The notes under the pieces are model-generated. The model was not told the DNA's origin. It ran no database searches and worked only from the letters and a program-made list of their open reading frames with translations. 64,000 nt of DNA from Octopus sinensis (Eukaryota). The position numbers and the translations under genes are program-made. Shown here in pieces: positions 28,701-43,700 of this stretch (position 1 is the first letter of the stretch; each line of letters opens with the position of its first letter). The DNA is taken from the NCBI RefSeq assembly GCF_006345805.1, contig NC_043000.1, positions 85,746,001-85,810,000 on the forward strand, written 5' to 3'.

Positions 28701-31700
28701 AGCATAGCTGCTAGATTAAGAATTGCCTGGGCAAAGATCGTAACCGTGGCCGATGCCTGTGTCACTTAACTGGCCCATTTAAAAGTACCCTTCAATCGTT
28801 GGGCATGCTTGACTGGTACCAATGTTGGTGGCATGTAATAAGCACCTTTGAGTGTGTCTGACACCAGGGCTGGTGGCATGAAAAAGCACCATTTGAGCAT
28901 GGTTGATGCTAGTGCTGCCTGATTGGCTCCAATGCCTGTCACTTAAAAAGCACCATTTGAGCATGGGCAATGCCAGTGCCACCTGACTGGCTTCTGTGTC
29001 AGTGACATGTAAAAAGCACCATTCAAGCATGGTTGATGCCAGTGCCGCCTGACTGACCCCCATGCTGGTGCACATAAAAAGCACCCACTACACTGAGTGG
29101 TTGGTGTTAGGAAGGGCATCCATCTGTAGAAACCTTGCCAGGTCAGATTGCAGCCTGGTACAGCCTCCTGGCTTGCCAGTCCTCAGTCAAACTGTCCAAT
29201 CCATGCCAGCATGGAAAGCGGACGTTAAATGATGATGAGTTAGGCACAAAACTAGTGATTTTGAGGAATGGGGGCTAGTTGACACCATTGACCCCTGGTA
29301 CTGAAAGGTAAACATTTACCTTGGTGGGAGTTGAACTTGAAATGTAAAAAGTCAGTACAAAAACTGCATTTCTTCTGAGGTTCTCAGCTCACCAACTTCT
29401 GCTTGCTAAATAATAAAAATGTGTGTGGTTTGATGTTAAACCAAAAGGTCTATTGAGATTTGGTTTCAAAGTATTTTTAAACTGGGAATGTTTAAGATAT
29501 GTCAAATTAATTTCAAGAAGCCAAGTTGCGACTCTCATTAATAAACAATGACAACTAATATTAGTAATTATAAACTTACAATAAAATAGAAAGTAGCTTT
29601 GTTTTCATGTATGTTTTTTCATGCTAGCATGGATTAGACAAATATGATAGCAAGGCATTATATTGCAGCCAAATACCCTTCCTTTCACTAACCCATATGT
29701 TTTCAAGGAAGGGGTTTCTCATTGCATACTTTTTTTGAAGGCATAGTCAGTGGGGGGATGATTTGTTGACTGAAGAAGTGATGATAACAACGCTGCTCTT
29801 TGCATGTGACTTTATGTATAGCTACAACATGCACGCACACACACACACACACACACACACCACAGAGAGAGAGAGAGTGGGGGGAAGGTTTCTGTTTTTG
29901 TCTACCAAATCTTCTCAAAGTTTTGTCAGCCTATGGGACTGAACCTCGAACCACATGGTTAGGGAGTGAACTTTTTAACCACATAGCCATACCTGTACGT
30001 ACATTTGTAAATAAATTGAAGGATACTCAACTGGGAGGGACAGGTCTTGTGTTTTTACAGCAATGAATATAAGTATTGACTAACGCAGTACAATTGTGAA
30101 GAGTAATCTGGAATATGTCCAAAGTCAATCATCATCTTCATTGTTTTATTGTTCACTTTTCCATGCTTGAATGGGTCAGATGGAATTTGTTCAGGTAGAC
30201 AAATACCCTGCCTGTCACCAACCCACACCTAATACAAAGTAATGTAATATTTCCTTCTGGCTAGGCATGTTTTCATGAAAGATTGGTGAGGTTCATTTAC
30301 AAATACTGTGCAATGTCAGGACTAGGACGGACTCCCCCCTGTGGCTTCTTTCATTTCTGTCTACCAAATCCACCCACAAGGGACTTTGGTTAGCCCAGGG
30401 CCATAGTAAAGGGCACTTGCTTTGGACACTGCAGTAGGGTTGAATCTGAGATCATGTGTTCAGGAAGCCAACTTCTCAACCATGCAGCCATGCTTGTAGT
30501 TGTAAATATTGCTCATCACTAAATGATAACAATAAGAGAAACTAATTCTTATTTTGTTTTAAAAAATTTTTTCAGCACTGAGTGGGAACGATTGTTCGGG
30601 AAACCTAACTTTTTGAAGGCTTTGCGGAACCATGGCTTACGTGGAAATTTACGAAGTAGCAGATTTCGTAGTATTTGTTGGAAGGTATGTATTTCATAAT
30701 CTGAAAATAAAAATTTATATATGTCTTGCAAGCAAAATTAGCAGATAGAAGTTGCATGGAAGCTTATCTACGTGTGTGGTGGGGGCATTATCTTTTAATG
30801 CCCATGTTGGCATGGGTTGTAAGATTTAAGATCTGAAGGGTTGAGGACTGCATTGTGCATCAGTGTCTGCTTTGGTATGGTTTCTATGGTTGAATTCTCA
30901 TCTTTAGGCTAGCCACTTTACTGTGTTACTTTTTTTGTGGCACCAGTGGTGGTGAGATGATTATGCTCTGTATTTTTTTTAGACACTATAAATATAAACA
31001 ATATATTTATACTCACCCACTCATAAGTGCCATTATCATGAAAAAAACCCCATCCAGTACACTTTGTAAAAGTAGTTGGTGTTAGAAGAGGGCATCCAGC
31101 TGTAGTAAACATGCCAAAATAGACACTGGAGCTCAGCTCAATCTTCTGGCTCATTTGATCTTCTCAAGTCCCCCAATCCATGCCAGAATGGAAGGCAGAC
31201 ATTTGATGATGATGATGACAGCTTCTGAAATGTAAACACTATATTGTAGTCTACTACAAATATAAACACAGTATACATGTTTATACTCCTGAAATGTAAA
31301 CAAAATATATTTATATAAAAAAGGTGACAGTGGTTGCTGTCGCTGTAAATTTGACTCTTTTCAGTTTTTGATTAAAAAAAAATGAAAATAAAAAGATAGA
31401 GCAATGTTAATAAAATTGATGCTTAACCCTTTCGTTACTATATTTCTGACCAAAATACACACCTTATGTGTTTCAATTAATTTCTAACATAATCATAAAT
31501 TTAGTCTGGTTTCATTAAACAACTATAACTTTTTTATTTATCAATATATTAATGTGATTTTTGGAAGATAATTTAATGAAATGTTCTCAAGCAATTCTAT
31601 ACTATAATTTTTGTCACAAAGTGACTCTAATTGCAGGTAGATACAGGTAAATTCAACAAAATATAAAATTATTAAAATTTTTGTTCAAACATCGCTATAG

Positions 31701-34700
31701 AAAATGGGTTATTAGCTAATATTCAATTGGGTATACAACCAAATTTTACTATAGAATTTGTTATTCTGGGTAACTTTCTGATACCTATAATAATATTTAT
31801 GGCAAAATAAGCCTTAATTTCATTTAAGGTTGTGGGAAACCACAAAGTATCCTTTCTTTCGCTTTGTTTACATTTAGCGTAACGGTTCTTTCCGCTGTAA
31901 TGATTTCAAATAGGCTCATTCGAAAAAGTAAAAAGAAATAGTCTAAGGCTTTACTCTCCTGGGAAAGATTGTGGCTTGGTCCAGTTTCTTCAGAAAAATC
32001 ACTGAAAGAAACAGTTTCTAAATTTTCACTCCATTCAGGTGCCAATTCATTTTCTTTATTGCTGTCGGAGCTCTTGGATTCACTGTTTCATTTTCGGAAA
32101 ATGAAACATCGGATTCATTATCAAATACCACGTGCTTTTTTTTTTCAGTCATAGAGTTAGATTTATCAAGGTCTTCAGTAGAAAAGCCTTCGAATTCTGA
32201 CTCGCTGCTTGATATAATGAAATTCGTATCCATTTTTTGTCAGAATTACAAATTTTGAAAACACAATAGGAACAAATTTCGGAAAAAAATCCCCCAAAAT
32301 TCACAGAATTAAAATTACACTTCGATCGTTGTACAAAACTGTAGATGAACTGTTTACGAAGTATAATCAGGTGTTTTCACGAATGTACTAAAGAGATTTG
32401 CTCTGATATTCTCATTTAAATATGAATAGGTAAATATGGGCGGGTTTGGGTGCATAAACCTAAATTTTTTTCGGACGGCTTTGGGCGGTTTGATAACAAA
32501 AGGGTTAAGCAAATAAATGCTGTGACATAATTATTAATATTGAATACCCAGAATTTGTGTGTAAATGGTATTTAATTACTTCCTGCCATTTTTAATTAAT
32601 TCCACAAAATGGAAAGTAAACAGTTAAAATCTGCCAGAGTTTTTGGATGTTGGATATCTTCAATGAATTTTGTCACAAGATAACAGTTACACATCTTCTG
32701 AACTCGACATACTCAAAATAAAACGGATAGTTAAACTTTACAATAGAAATTAAACAAATTTCAGTGTTGTAAAACATTTCTTAATGACAAACAATAAAAT
32801 TGTGATTTATGGTCCATAAGTAATTGTTTTTGCCAGAAATTAACTTTCTTTCATTTTACCTTTACCCTTCAGCATTCAATGTAATGCTTATTTATTCATA
32901 TTGTTTCAAATTAATGATGTATTATCCCATAGTCTCCAGATTTTGAAGATGTAATTGTTTAATTTTAGAATGACATTGTAAGGTAGATGTGAGAAGCTGG
33001 ATCTGGCTGGATTGAGCATAAAATGAGAAAATGGGTAGAATATTTTGGTTGTATATGGCTGATTTAAATGCTAAAGGGTTAAAGATGTCATACATTTTGT
33101 ATTGAAATGCTTATTTTTTAAAACCTTCTTGTATCTGAAATATTTGTGTGAATTTATTTCTCTTTACCTTTGTTATTTTACTTTTATTTACTGTTAGTAA
33201 TAACAATTAAATTTATCTTGTTAATTAGGCAAAGTCAGCCATCTTTTATACTTGCATTTTTTTTCATCTTGTTATCTATGAAGAGTCAATGAATCCGTTT
33301 ATATATACATATACATGCTTATTTATACACATACATAGAATCAGATTCATTGATTTTCTTACATATATATATATATAAAAATTTTAATTTGTGCTTGGAA
33401 ATTTCACCCAAGGAATCTTACTCTATTCATTTGAATATTTTTCTTTAATCTAGCTCTATTTAGAGGTTTTGCTTGAAGACAAATCAAACTGGCTGATAAA
33501 GACTAGAGAATGGCGGCAAAAATATGATGATTTAAAGAATAATGTAAGTTTTCAATGTTCTACACTCTCCTAATGGACAAAGATCTACAGATTTACACTT
33601 GTCACTTATTTTATTTGAATTTTGTAATTCTCTGCTTATCTTTTTTAAGTCTATATTCATAACATGTATTCCAATAACTCCCAGTCTTTGTTTTCTGTTT
33701 ATCTTTGTTATTCCATGTTCCGTACATGCAAACTGTGTTAAAGTTTTCCATTAATAAATGTCTTTCTACAAATATTAACTATACTGAATCACTGAAAAAT
33801 TGTGGGGTTTTTTTAATGCTTAAAGTATTTACCTTTCACTTCTGTGTTAATAAAGTACCAATCTAGTGGAGTGGATTGGCAGAACTATAAGAATATCAGA
33901 CTGGCTGCCCTGTGGTATTTTTTCCAGTTCTTTGTATTCTAAGTTCAAATCCTACACAGGTCTAACTGAGTGAGAGATTTAATCCATCACCTGGTTAATG
34001 CCACTCCCAGACATGTTGAGTGGAATTAGCAGAGTTCTCTCTGTTGCAAGTTGTTGGATTTGAGCAGATCTTTGTCTGTCTTTCCAACTTGTCTCAGAGA
34101 CCTGTAAAGGGTCGTGCATGAGCACTGCCTTCCCTCGACTAAAAGATTAAAAAAAAATAGATAAAAAATTCAGTGTATGCAATTGAAGCAGCATTAAATT
34201 AAAATAACCATCTGTGTACTGTAGTTAATGTATACATGCCAGTGAAAAGCAAGATGTCTTGCGAAGTCATATTGTGTTGGTCTTTTGAAGGGTGGGGTGT
34301 ATGTATTATATTTCATCTTTATATAGATTAGTTGAGCCAAAATATATGTAGATTGCATTTGATATCTCAATTGAAATTTAAGTTTACTTACCTGTTGAAA
34401 TTGTGTAAAACTGGTTCTGAAGTTGAGATACCCCAAAAACCTTGTAATTGTCATGTGCTAGTGAATGAGATATAAACTTGGTATATTTGAAGTAGACATA
34501 TCTATATAGTCACTTTAATTTTTCTCTGAACCACCAATATAGAATGTAGGTATATACCATAAACTCACATGGCCTGCTATTAATGTTTGCACAGAATGAA
34601 GAAGACTCTGAACCTAGCAAGAAAACTACTCTTACACTAATGTCATAACAAACATACTTAACTGGTTCCTTGTTGGTGATGAATTGATTTACTTGAAACT

Positions 34701-37700
34701 TGGTGAAATACAGTCTTGGATCAAAATACATTGGAGGATGCTGCATTGTAGTCTTAACTAATTAGTGATAATTTAGAGAATTGCATGTAAAATTAGCTTG
34801 ATAATCACTAAATGCTAATGTTTTCCTGATTTTGTTTTAATCTAAGGTATAATGTGAAGAAAAACATTTTTTTTCTTTCTTGTAGCTCATAATAAATCCA
34901 CGCAAAGCTGTTGACTCTGCCCATGACTTATCTTTGAACAATCCACTGTCTCAGGCTGAAGAAGTAAGTTTCTTGTATTGTAAAAATCAAAATGTATATA
35001 TTGTGTATCATATAAACATTCATATAAGACTAAAAATTAATGTGCTTTGGTATTTGTAGCTGCTGAAAGTTAATAATCTTTGTTTTGTCTTTTTTTTTTT
35101 CAGTTTTAATTTTTGTACTGACAGTGCTTTTCAACCACTGGGTTTTGGGTTTAACCCCATTGTGTGTCACCTTTGGCAAGTGTCACCTATTGTAGCTCCA
35201 GGCTAACCAAAGCCTTGTGAGTGGATTTGGTAGATAGAAACTGAAAGAAACCCACTGTATATGTGTGTGTGGTTGTGTCTCTTTGTTTTGACATTGCCTG
35301 ATAGTTGTAAATGAGTGTCATCATCATATAAACGGTGTCTTTCATTTCCAATTTTCAAAAACCTGTCTAGCCAGGGAAAAAATATTACCTTACTTGGGAA
35401 CAAGTGAGGGATGATGACAGGAAGAATACCTGGATATAGACAACTTACCTCAAAGAATTTCACCTGATCCATACAAACATTTAAAAATAGACATTAAAAC
35501 AGTGGTACTATTGATGACTGAGATGCGAACATTGTTTTACTGGACTTCTAAATTAAAGCTAATTACCATATTGTAAAATATCAATGTAGATAATCACAGA
35601 CGCATAATGTATATAAAGATATAATGACAGTAAAATCAACATTGAAATCCTAATGTGCTATACTGTTTCTCTTCTCCGATTTGTGTGACAAATGAAGTAG
35701 GTTCCAAATCTTACTTAACAGTGGAAAACATATAAATGCAGTATTCCTACAAAAATGATTGTATAGTTGCTAGCTAGGGGAAATAAAAAAAAAATTAACT
35801 TCCACCATGTTTTCCATCTCCAATCTTTTGTTAATTTGAATTCAGCCATTTAGTATAGCAGACATTATGATCTATGGGATAGTAATTGTATGTACATCAT
35901 GAAGTTTATTAATCTACATCATTGCTGAATGGCTGCTTAACCTTTATAAAATATAATTACTTTTAATATGACACCGCTAATGTAATATTTGGACAGTGTA
36001 ATATGCTTATTGAAAACTTAATATTATAATATCACTGTAAAAGGCTTATCCAAAAGAAAGCCATATTTGCATGAGGTCATTTATTTCCAGCAAAGACCAG
36101 ATTGTCTTTATCAACATGGTAGCTATCTTAAATAGTAGTCACATGATATCGTAAACATGTAAATTGAGAGAAGCTTGCTACCAATTTAATTTATGTAAGT
36201 GTTCTTATCATACATTTGAACCTTGTTGATTGTATCACTATTTATCTAAAGACAAATATATGTTTACAAAGATTTAATCTACAACCTGGATTATCACTGA
36301 GGGGCACCTACTTTCAGTCTCTTATACTGCTATTCTAAAGGTTTCAGTACTTCTGAATTTGCATAGTGTATCTTCATATTATATATATACCACTTTTACA
36401 CTTGTCACTGTCATTTTTACTATTGTTTCTATCAGCACCATTTCAAATGTTATTCTATCTTTTCCAAGATGCTAGTGAGCAATAGTGGTACACTGTTTTA
36501 TATATAGTAGCAATATACTCTAATGGGTAGCATTTATAGAACTGAAGTAACTGTTTAGGGATAACTTATAGGAGCAACAAAAATCTAAGAAAATCTAATT
36601 TTGTGACTGACAATGAGTATAATGACAAATGTTTTATGGAATGCAATGTATTGAAAATGAGGTGAACAGAAAAATTAGAGTTTTGAATTTAATTTGTTTG
36701 TATTTATAAAAGACCTGAATATTTTGAAATCAGTATTCAGTTTTAATATTAGATGAAATAAAGAAGACAATTTATCAGTTTTTATTTGAAAAATATGGCA
36801 TTACTTAATCATTTCTAACCTTTCACTATTTTAGAGTCCCTGGAATCGCTTTTTTCAAGACAATGAATTGCGGCTTACCATCAAGCAAGATGTTATCCGA
36901 ACGTAAGATATTTAACATTCTATTAAGAGAGATAATTTTGATTCATGTAATGCTTGGTTGCTTTACTTTGTAAATAAACTGATTATTTTTTTGGTGTGCT
37001 CCTGTTAAGGATTGTTGGGTTACAATGGATGCTTAATATTAATGTACATGCAGTATTGTTAGAACATTGGATAGAACTTGTTGGTTCAGACCCTGCGGAG
37101 GTTAGTCTTGCCTTTTGTCAGGGTTATCATCCCTCTGCTTAGAATCATTGCTTACTCTCTCTTCTGTTCTTCCTCATTTATAGGGACCACTTTAGGGGCT
37201 TATCTTTGCAAATTATGAAGCAATGATCTTAAGAGCTGGTGCCATGAAAAAGCACCCAATGTCCTCTATAAAGTAGTTGGAGTTAGAAAGCTGTAGAAAC
37301 CATGCCAAAATAGACGTTGGAACATGAGCTAGTCCTTCAGACTCTGTCAAACTATCCAACCCATGGCAGCATAGAAGATGGATAATAAATAATAATGATG
37401 ATGATGCTAGTGAGATGGAATGTCTCATGTTATTTGTTCTAGTTCATATCCTGATGGTAATGCTAGTGATAACATTGGAGCCTAACTGGGTTGGTCCTTG
37501 CCTTCCTCTGGACAGCTGTTTGTCTGCCATACAACTTTACTCAGACATGCACTGTGAAGAGACACTGTCTAGATCCATTTCCCAGAATGAAATACTCAAA
37601 ACACTGAAAGTATTGTTGGGATTTTGACAGGAAATAAGAATGTGTGTGATGGAGAGATAAAATATTTATTTCTACCAAAATAATAAGAATAAAGTAAAAC

Positions 37701-40700
37701 AATTTGGTAATGTGCAGCATATATTAAAAAAAAAAAAAGCTTCATATTTTCTAAGCCATAATGTTTTGTTGGGGTCTGCATTGTATGCAAAGGCAATTTA
37801 ATGTTATAATGTGGGGGTTTGATGTATGGGAGCCTGCAGTTTCATTATTCTCAGCTTGGCCATATTATAATGGGGCTGTGCAAGTGAGAGCCATATGGAG
37901 AGATTTTGGACTGATACTGTCTAATAGAAGTTGTAAGCCAGGTTTTGTAAAGCTGATGTGCTGCGTATAGACACACTTCTGGTTTGCAAATAAAGCAGCA
38001 AGAACTAAGTCCATATCAGGCTTACTAGAGAAGCTGCTTGGAGAGATCTGATCTCACAAAACAATGGCACCAAAATTAAAGTTATAAGGCCTTTTTATAG
38101 TCATGGTTGCAGTTCCTGGACAAGGAGTGTTTTGGCAAGTACTTTGTAAGGTATTTGTTGTCCAGTGACCATGAACAACACAATGTTTGTTGCTTTAGTC
38201 AATGTCCTATTTGAACAGAAGGTGAATAAAACTGTAGCATTTGATTTACCCTACGCTTACTAATAGAAGTATTTCATCAAAGTGAGGACTCTGTATCTGG
38301 ATAGCCAAACCTTTCTGGAAACAAAAACTCTGCACCACTGTATTATACAGCAAGACATGTAAAAATGAATCTATGCACACTTGGCAGTTCAGTAATTTTT
38401 ATCTTTTCATTTTGTTGATAAAACTGAAATGCTGATAGTCCTTGAAACATTGTCACTTATTTAAAATGTTTTCTAAGCTGGTTGCTGCTGGCTAATTGAT
38501 GTAGTTTTAACATACAAGTAAAGTAGTTTTGCTTTTAGCCCACTATCAGTATAGATTCAGCTTTAGCTTTATATATATATATATATATATGTATTTATTT
38601 ATTACAATAGTCTTGCCAGATTCACCATCTCCTCACTTGCACAATGTTCTACTTCAGATTATCTACTAAATCCTAAATTGTCTTCAGTTTCACTTTCCCA
38701 AGATTTATCTCTTTTGGAGTTCATCCTGATCCTGCTTGCTTGTAAGAATTCAAAATGGTTATTAACTGCTTTGTTTGTTTAGGAATGTCTGAAAAGTCTA
38801 GTGGCACTGCTCCTTTGATTTTGATGTAAAAACAACTAGAGAAAAGTTGATAATATTTATCCTGAAAGAAGTTGATTAATTCTTTATATTTGAATAAGAA
38901 AATTGTATGATGGGGCATAAATTTTTTAATTTTCTGTCAGTCAGTGAAGAAGCCAAATGTATTTCATCAGTTACATTATGAAATGTGTTTTGTTTCCTCG
39001 GCAGTTGTTCATATTTTAAATTAAACTTAAATTATTTATATTTCACAAACTTCTCTACTGTGTCTTTAAAATCTATCTGATCTCAAAGGAAAGATCTTAC
39101 TCAATTCATACTCATTATTTTAGTAAAATTATTTTCACTTTTAATTAGATCTATTATCATCATCAATTATTAATAATTTTTTAAACTTTCAAGAAAGAAA
39201 ATATTCGTTTGTCTCAAAGACTATTAATGAAGAAAAACTTATCTTTTAATTCTGTACAATTCAGTACTCCTTCCTTTATTCCTTATTGAATATATCAAAG
39301 AAGACTGTCTGTATATAGTGTACTTCTGCTATCAATGAAAATGAATATTTTGGCTCATTCATGTGATGATGGGTAGTTTTTGAATTCCAAACAAAGCAGG
39401 TAGTGAACAGAAAATAAATACTTTCCGAATTTCTTTGAACTGTTAAAATGATAGATTAAGAAATATCTAAGAGAAAGTAAAATTTTATCTATTTATTTGA
39501 TGATTATCAAGTAATTTTCGAAGAATGAAGTTAGGCACAAGGTAAGTTTTGTTTTTGTTCTCAAATAATTTAGTATAATCTTTTTAATTTTATATTCTGG
39601 AACTTGCTTATATTTATATTATATTCTGGAACATGCTTATTGATTTAAGCTTAAAGCTTATATTGTCAATAAATACATCCATTTCATCATTTTACAGTGT
39701 GCTTTAAATGCTTTGTTTTGTCTTTTTTTTTTGTTTTTAAAGTTTTGATTTTTAATTCCATTGTATATTTTAACTGAATTCTAAGAAAAGCTGTTTCATT
39801 ATTGAGCAATAATGTACAGTGATGAAATTATATGTTGAAGCAACATCTCTGATAATACTTCTTGTTTATCGAGTATTTTTCTTCATATTGTAACTTAATC
39901 ATACTGTTCTTCTATAATTTTCATTTGTTGCTTTTAGGGAAGTTTGTTAAACTGTCCTCTTTGAAGTCAGACTAATTTTAATAATTCTAGAGCAGTTTTC
40001 TTTTGGTTTTAGATTAGCAAATTGTCTTTATATTTTTATTATTTTTTGTTTTAGTTACCATTTTAGTTTTTACAACTTTTGGTCAGACTCAGTACTAGCT
40101 CCCCAAACTCATAAACATTTATATCATATCTTCACTCATTTGTCACCATTCTCATAGTTTCATACAATATTGATTTTTGATGCATATCAATATTTCTTGG
40201 TGAATCTAACCTAATAATATACATTCAACAGTGCAGCTGAAAGAGTTTTAAAGAAAAAATCATGCAAATTATTTCCTTGAACCACTTTTACAGTTTTCCT
40301 TTTAATTGTGCTGTGTTTTTGTTGAAAATTATGGTTGTTGGATGACTTTGATCTTGTCTACTTCAAATGTTTGTTTTCAAGATATACCAATTTTTAGAGT
40401 TAGTCCGTGTCATTATTTCCTTAGGATAGTCAGTTATGTTACTTTGATACATCAATTTCTGCACTTGGATTGTTAGCTTCAAAATTTCATTTAGCTTTTA
40501 ATTATCACAACTTAATTTTCAAACTACATTTGTAGGAATAGAATATTTGTGTAAGACATGCTCCATAATTTGAGTCTCTTAAATTCGAGAGAACATTAAA
40601 TTTAATTAGTGTGTAACAAGTGTATGTTACCTTCATTTCAAGTGTGGCATAGTATATTTTGTTTTAGATGTATGAAGTGGGGAAATAAAACCAAAAGTAA

Positions 40701-43700
40701 CTCAAATTACTACACTTAATTTTAGATCATTTGCCAGGACAAAGGCTCTGTAAATTGAAAATATGTAAGGTGAGAATATTTCAATTGAGTGTAATTTATA
40801 CGCCTTAAATATAAAGGTATTATGAAGAAAATTTAATAATTTATACTCTGGAGTTTACAGGCTACTATTTAAAAAGAAACAATTTTTAATACTCTCTCAC
40901 TACTCATTCTAAATTCTGATTTGTAATTGGAATGATGTTCTATTTTACTTGCATAAAATATTTTCAACAACATTGCTGAGTAAGTGATATATGCATTCTT
41001 TTATGTTGTGAAACACTACACAACCTATTATGAAATTTTTAGTAGTTGTAACATGACTTGCTCTTTTGAGTTATAAAATTGTTTAGAGTTTCTTCTTGTT
41101 GAGAGGGGAACTTCCAAACTTAGGGACACAAAATAATAGTTGCAGTAGTAGTTGTAATAGTGGGAATGATGATGTTTGCACTCATGGGTCATGTAGCCAA
41201 GCAATCTAATAAACACTTCAACCACTGCACATCTCAATATATCTGCATATGTTTAACCAACTCTTTCTTGAGTTTTGAAGGAAAACAAATCTAATTTGGT
41301 AGACTTTTGATTAAAAAAAAAAAATTATGGTTTCTTTTGAAATGAAAGAAATTTTGTTTTCGAGCAGTTATATATATATATATTTCAGTTTTATCAACCA
41401 TCTTGTTGAGTGAGGATTTAAAAATATAAATCCTTTCTCTGGTGCTCTAGCCTCTTCATTACATCATTGACTTATGTCATTTTTTTACTTCTGTTCCAGT
41501 TATCCTCGAATAGAATTTTTTCAGTCTAATCAAGTGCGAAACATGATGGTTGATATTCTGTTTATTTATGCCAAGCTGAACGTTGACTTGTCCTATAGAC
41601 AGGTTACTATTCAATTTTATTTCTCTTCTCTTCTCAAAGCTAAGTCTGCCATTCTTGTGTCTATTGCCATTGTAGCTAGCTGCACATTGTACAGCAGCAT
41701 GTCTCCTATCAATGTTTAGTTTTTTGCATGCATATGTCCCTATCACTTTTCAGCATGAGGTGGTTATACATTGAGGGAATTTACTTCAGATTTACTCTCA
41801 GATATTTTGAACATTGTTTAATATTTAACATTTCACTTAGAATATAAATATTTAGAAAAAGGTATTTCTGAAAAAGTGATAAAATTTGATAAACCTACTT
41901 CAAATTAAAAGTGAAATTTTGATTGCAAAGTTTGAATAAACTTTGTGTAAAGATTATATTTTATTATTAGATATATCAGTAATAAATTACTGTTATATTT
42001 TATAATTAACTAGTTTTGTTAAATATTAAACTAAAATTGTTGGGAATGTATCTTTGCAAATTGTGTAGTCATTTACCTGAAATTCTTAGTAATGATAGTT
42101 AAATATATTCATTTATTATAATAATGATTATTATTATTGTAGTTTAAGTTGCAAAATGTAAGTCATGATTTGTGACTAATGTTGATAAATAAATCTTTGT
42201 TTAGAGTTTTGGTCTATATTTTCTGCTTTTCCAATTTTAAGAAATTATTGTATGATATATAGTTAATAATTTATACAGAATAATCCCCTCTAAATTTGTT
42301 TCAAGGTATTTCATATATTTCCACAAAAATCTTATTTCCTCATTATAATTTGCTATATTATACCTTGTACTCAAAATATAATTTAGCTCTAAGGTTTTGT
42401 TGTTAAACCTTTATAAGAACATGCTGTCAACTTCTTTCACTATCTTGTATAATGCTATCTGTTAATTATTAGCACCCAGAGAAAAATCCTGATTAGCAAC
42501 TTTTCCCTTTATAATTACTAGTCATGTTTGAGCTATTTTATATGTTAGGTCAGTGGTGTCAGATGTATTGCTTTTTATTTCTCATTACCATACTTGGTAT
42601 TTAATATTAAAAGTAGTCATTTCCACATAAACATTATTTTTTGAAACTTATTTTCTGCTCAATTACTGGCCCAAACTACTTCCAATTGATGTAACTGATG
42701 AGGTTCTTTGCATGTCATAATTAATTCATTAAAAGTCTGCATTTCTGTAATATCTATGCATAAAGTTTTCTTTTTGTTTGCATATTTAAATATTTAAAAA
42801 GCTTCTATTCAAAACAAAATTATCTTCAACTCCTACTGAATATAAGTTGAAAAGTAGACTTAGGATTATTTACTTGAAATAACCCCTAAAGGTTGTGGCT
42901 TTTCTTATGAAAGCATATTCACTTTAAAAACATTTAAGAGATCCTTGCTGCAATGTTAATATTATAACCTCAAATTACATAATTAATTTTTAACATACTG
43001 GAAGATTGTGTAAGTGATTTCTATTATAGCCTCAGGGTTAGTAAAAACTTGCAAATGAAATTGGGTAGATGGAAACTATAAAGAAGTCTGTCAGATATGT
43101 GTTCGTGGGTGTGGGTTGAATAACATCAGTGTCCAAATAAAAAAAAAAAAATCAAAATATAACCTTGCATCTCCTTTTATCCAGTAAACCCTTTCTTCAT
43201 TATGAGATAAGTATGAAGTTCACTATAATTGACTAAAAACACTTGAAGCTGCTGCCTTAGCAGTACTTAACTGAAAACAGCAAAAAAACATAAGAACATA
43301 CTAAGATTTTGTTTCTTTCTTACAAAAACATAAGCTATGGACGTTTTATATACCATTTTGATTTTAGTCCATTGTTTGTTTTTATATGCTATGCATATTT
43401 TGTATTGACTGCCCATCAGCGTCTTCATTGTTATCAACTGTTGATGAGAATTTTTCCATATCATTCTTTTTTGTCTGGAAAATCCTTAGCTTTGTAGAAA
43501 AAAATCCTGTTGGCTGTATCTTTTTTTTTTCTGTTGTGCATGGCCAAATATGGAATATGTGGAAAGTGTTGTATCTTGTTGAGGATATGATACTTCCCTA
43601 GTACTGGTGGCATGAAAAAAGCACCCAATACAGCCTGTAAAGTGGTTGGTATTAGGAAGAGCATCCAGCTATAAAAACCAAATGGAAATGAGATGTGGGT

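Noticed and set aside
36945-41464. ATGTAATG (36945) / CATTACAT (41457) as a docking-selector pair
   Set aside because: Only 8 bp in AT-rich sequence and no equivalent selector was found before exon B.
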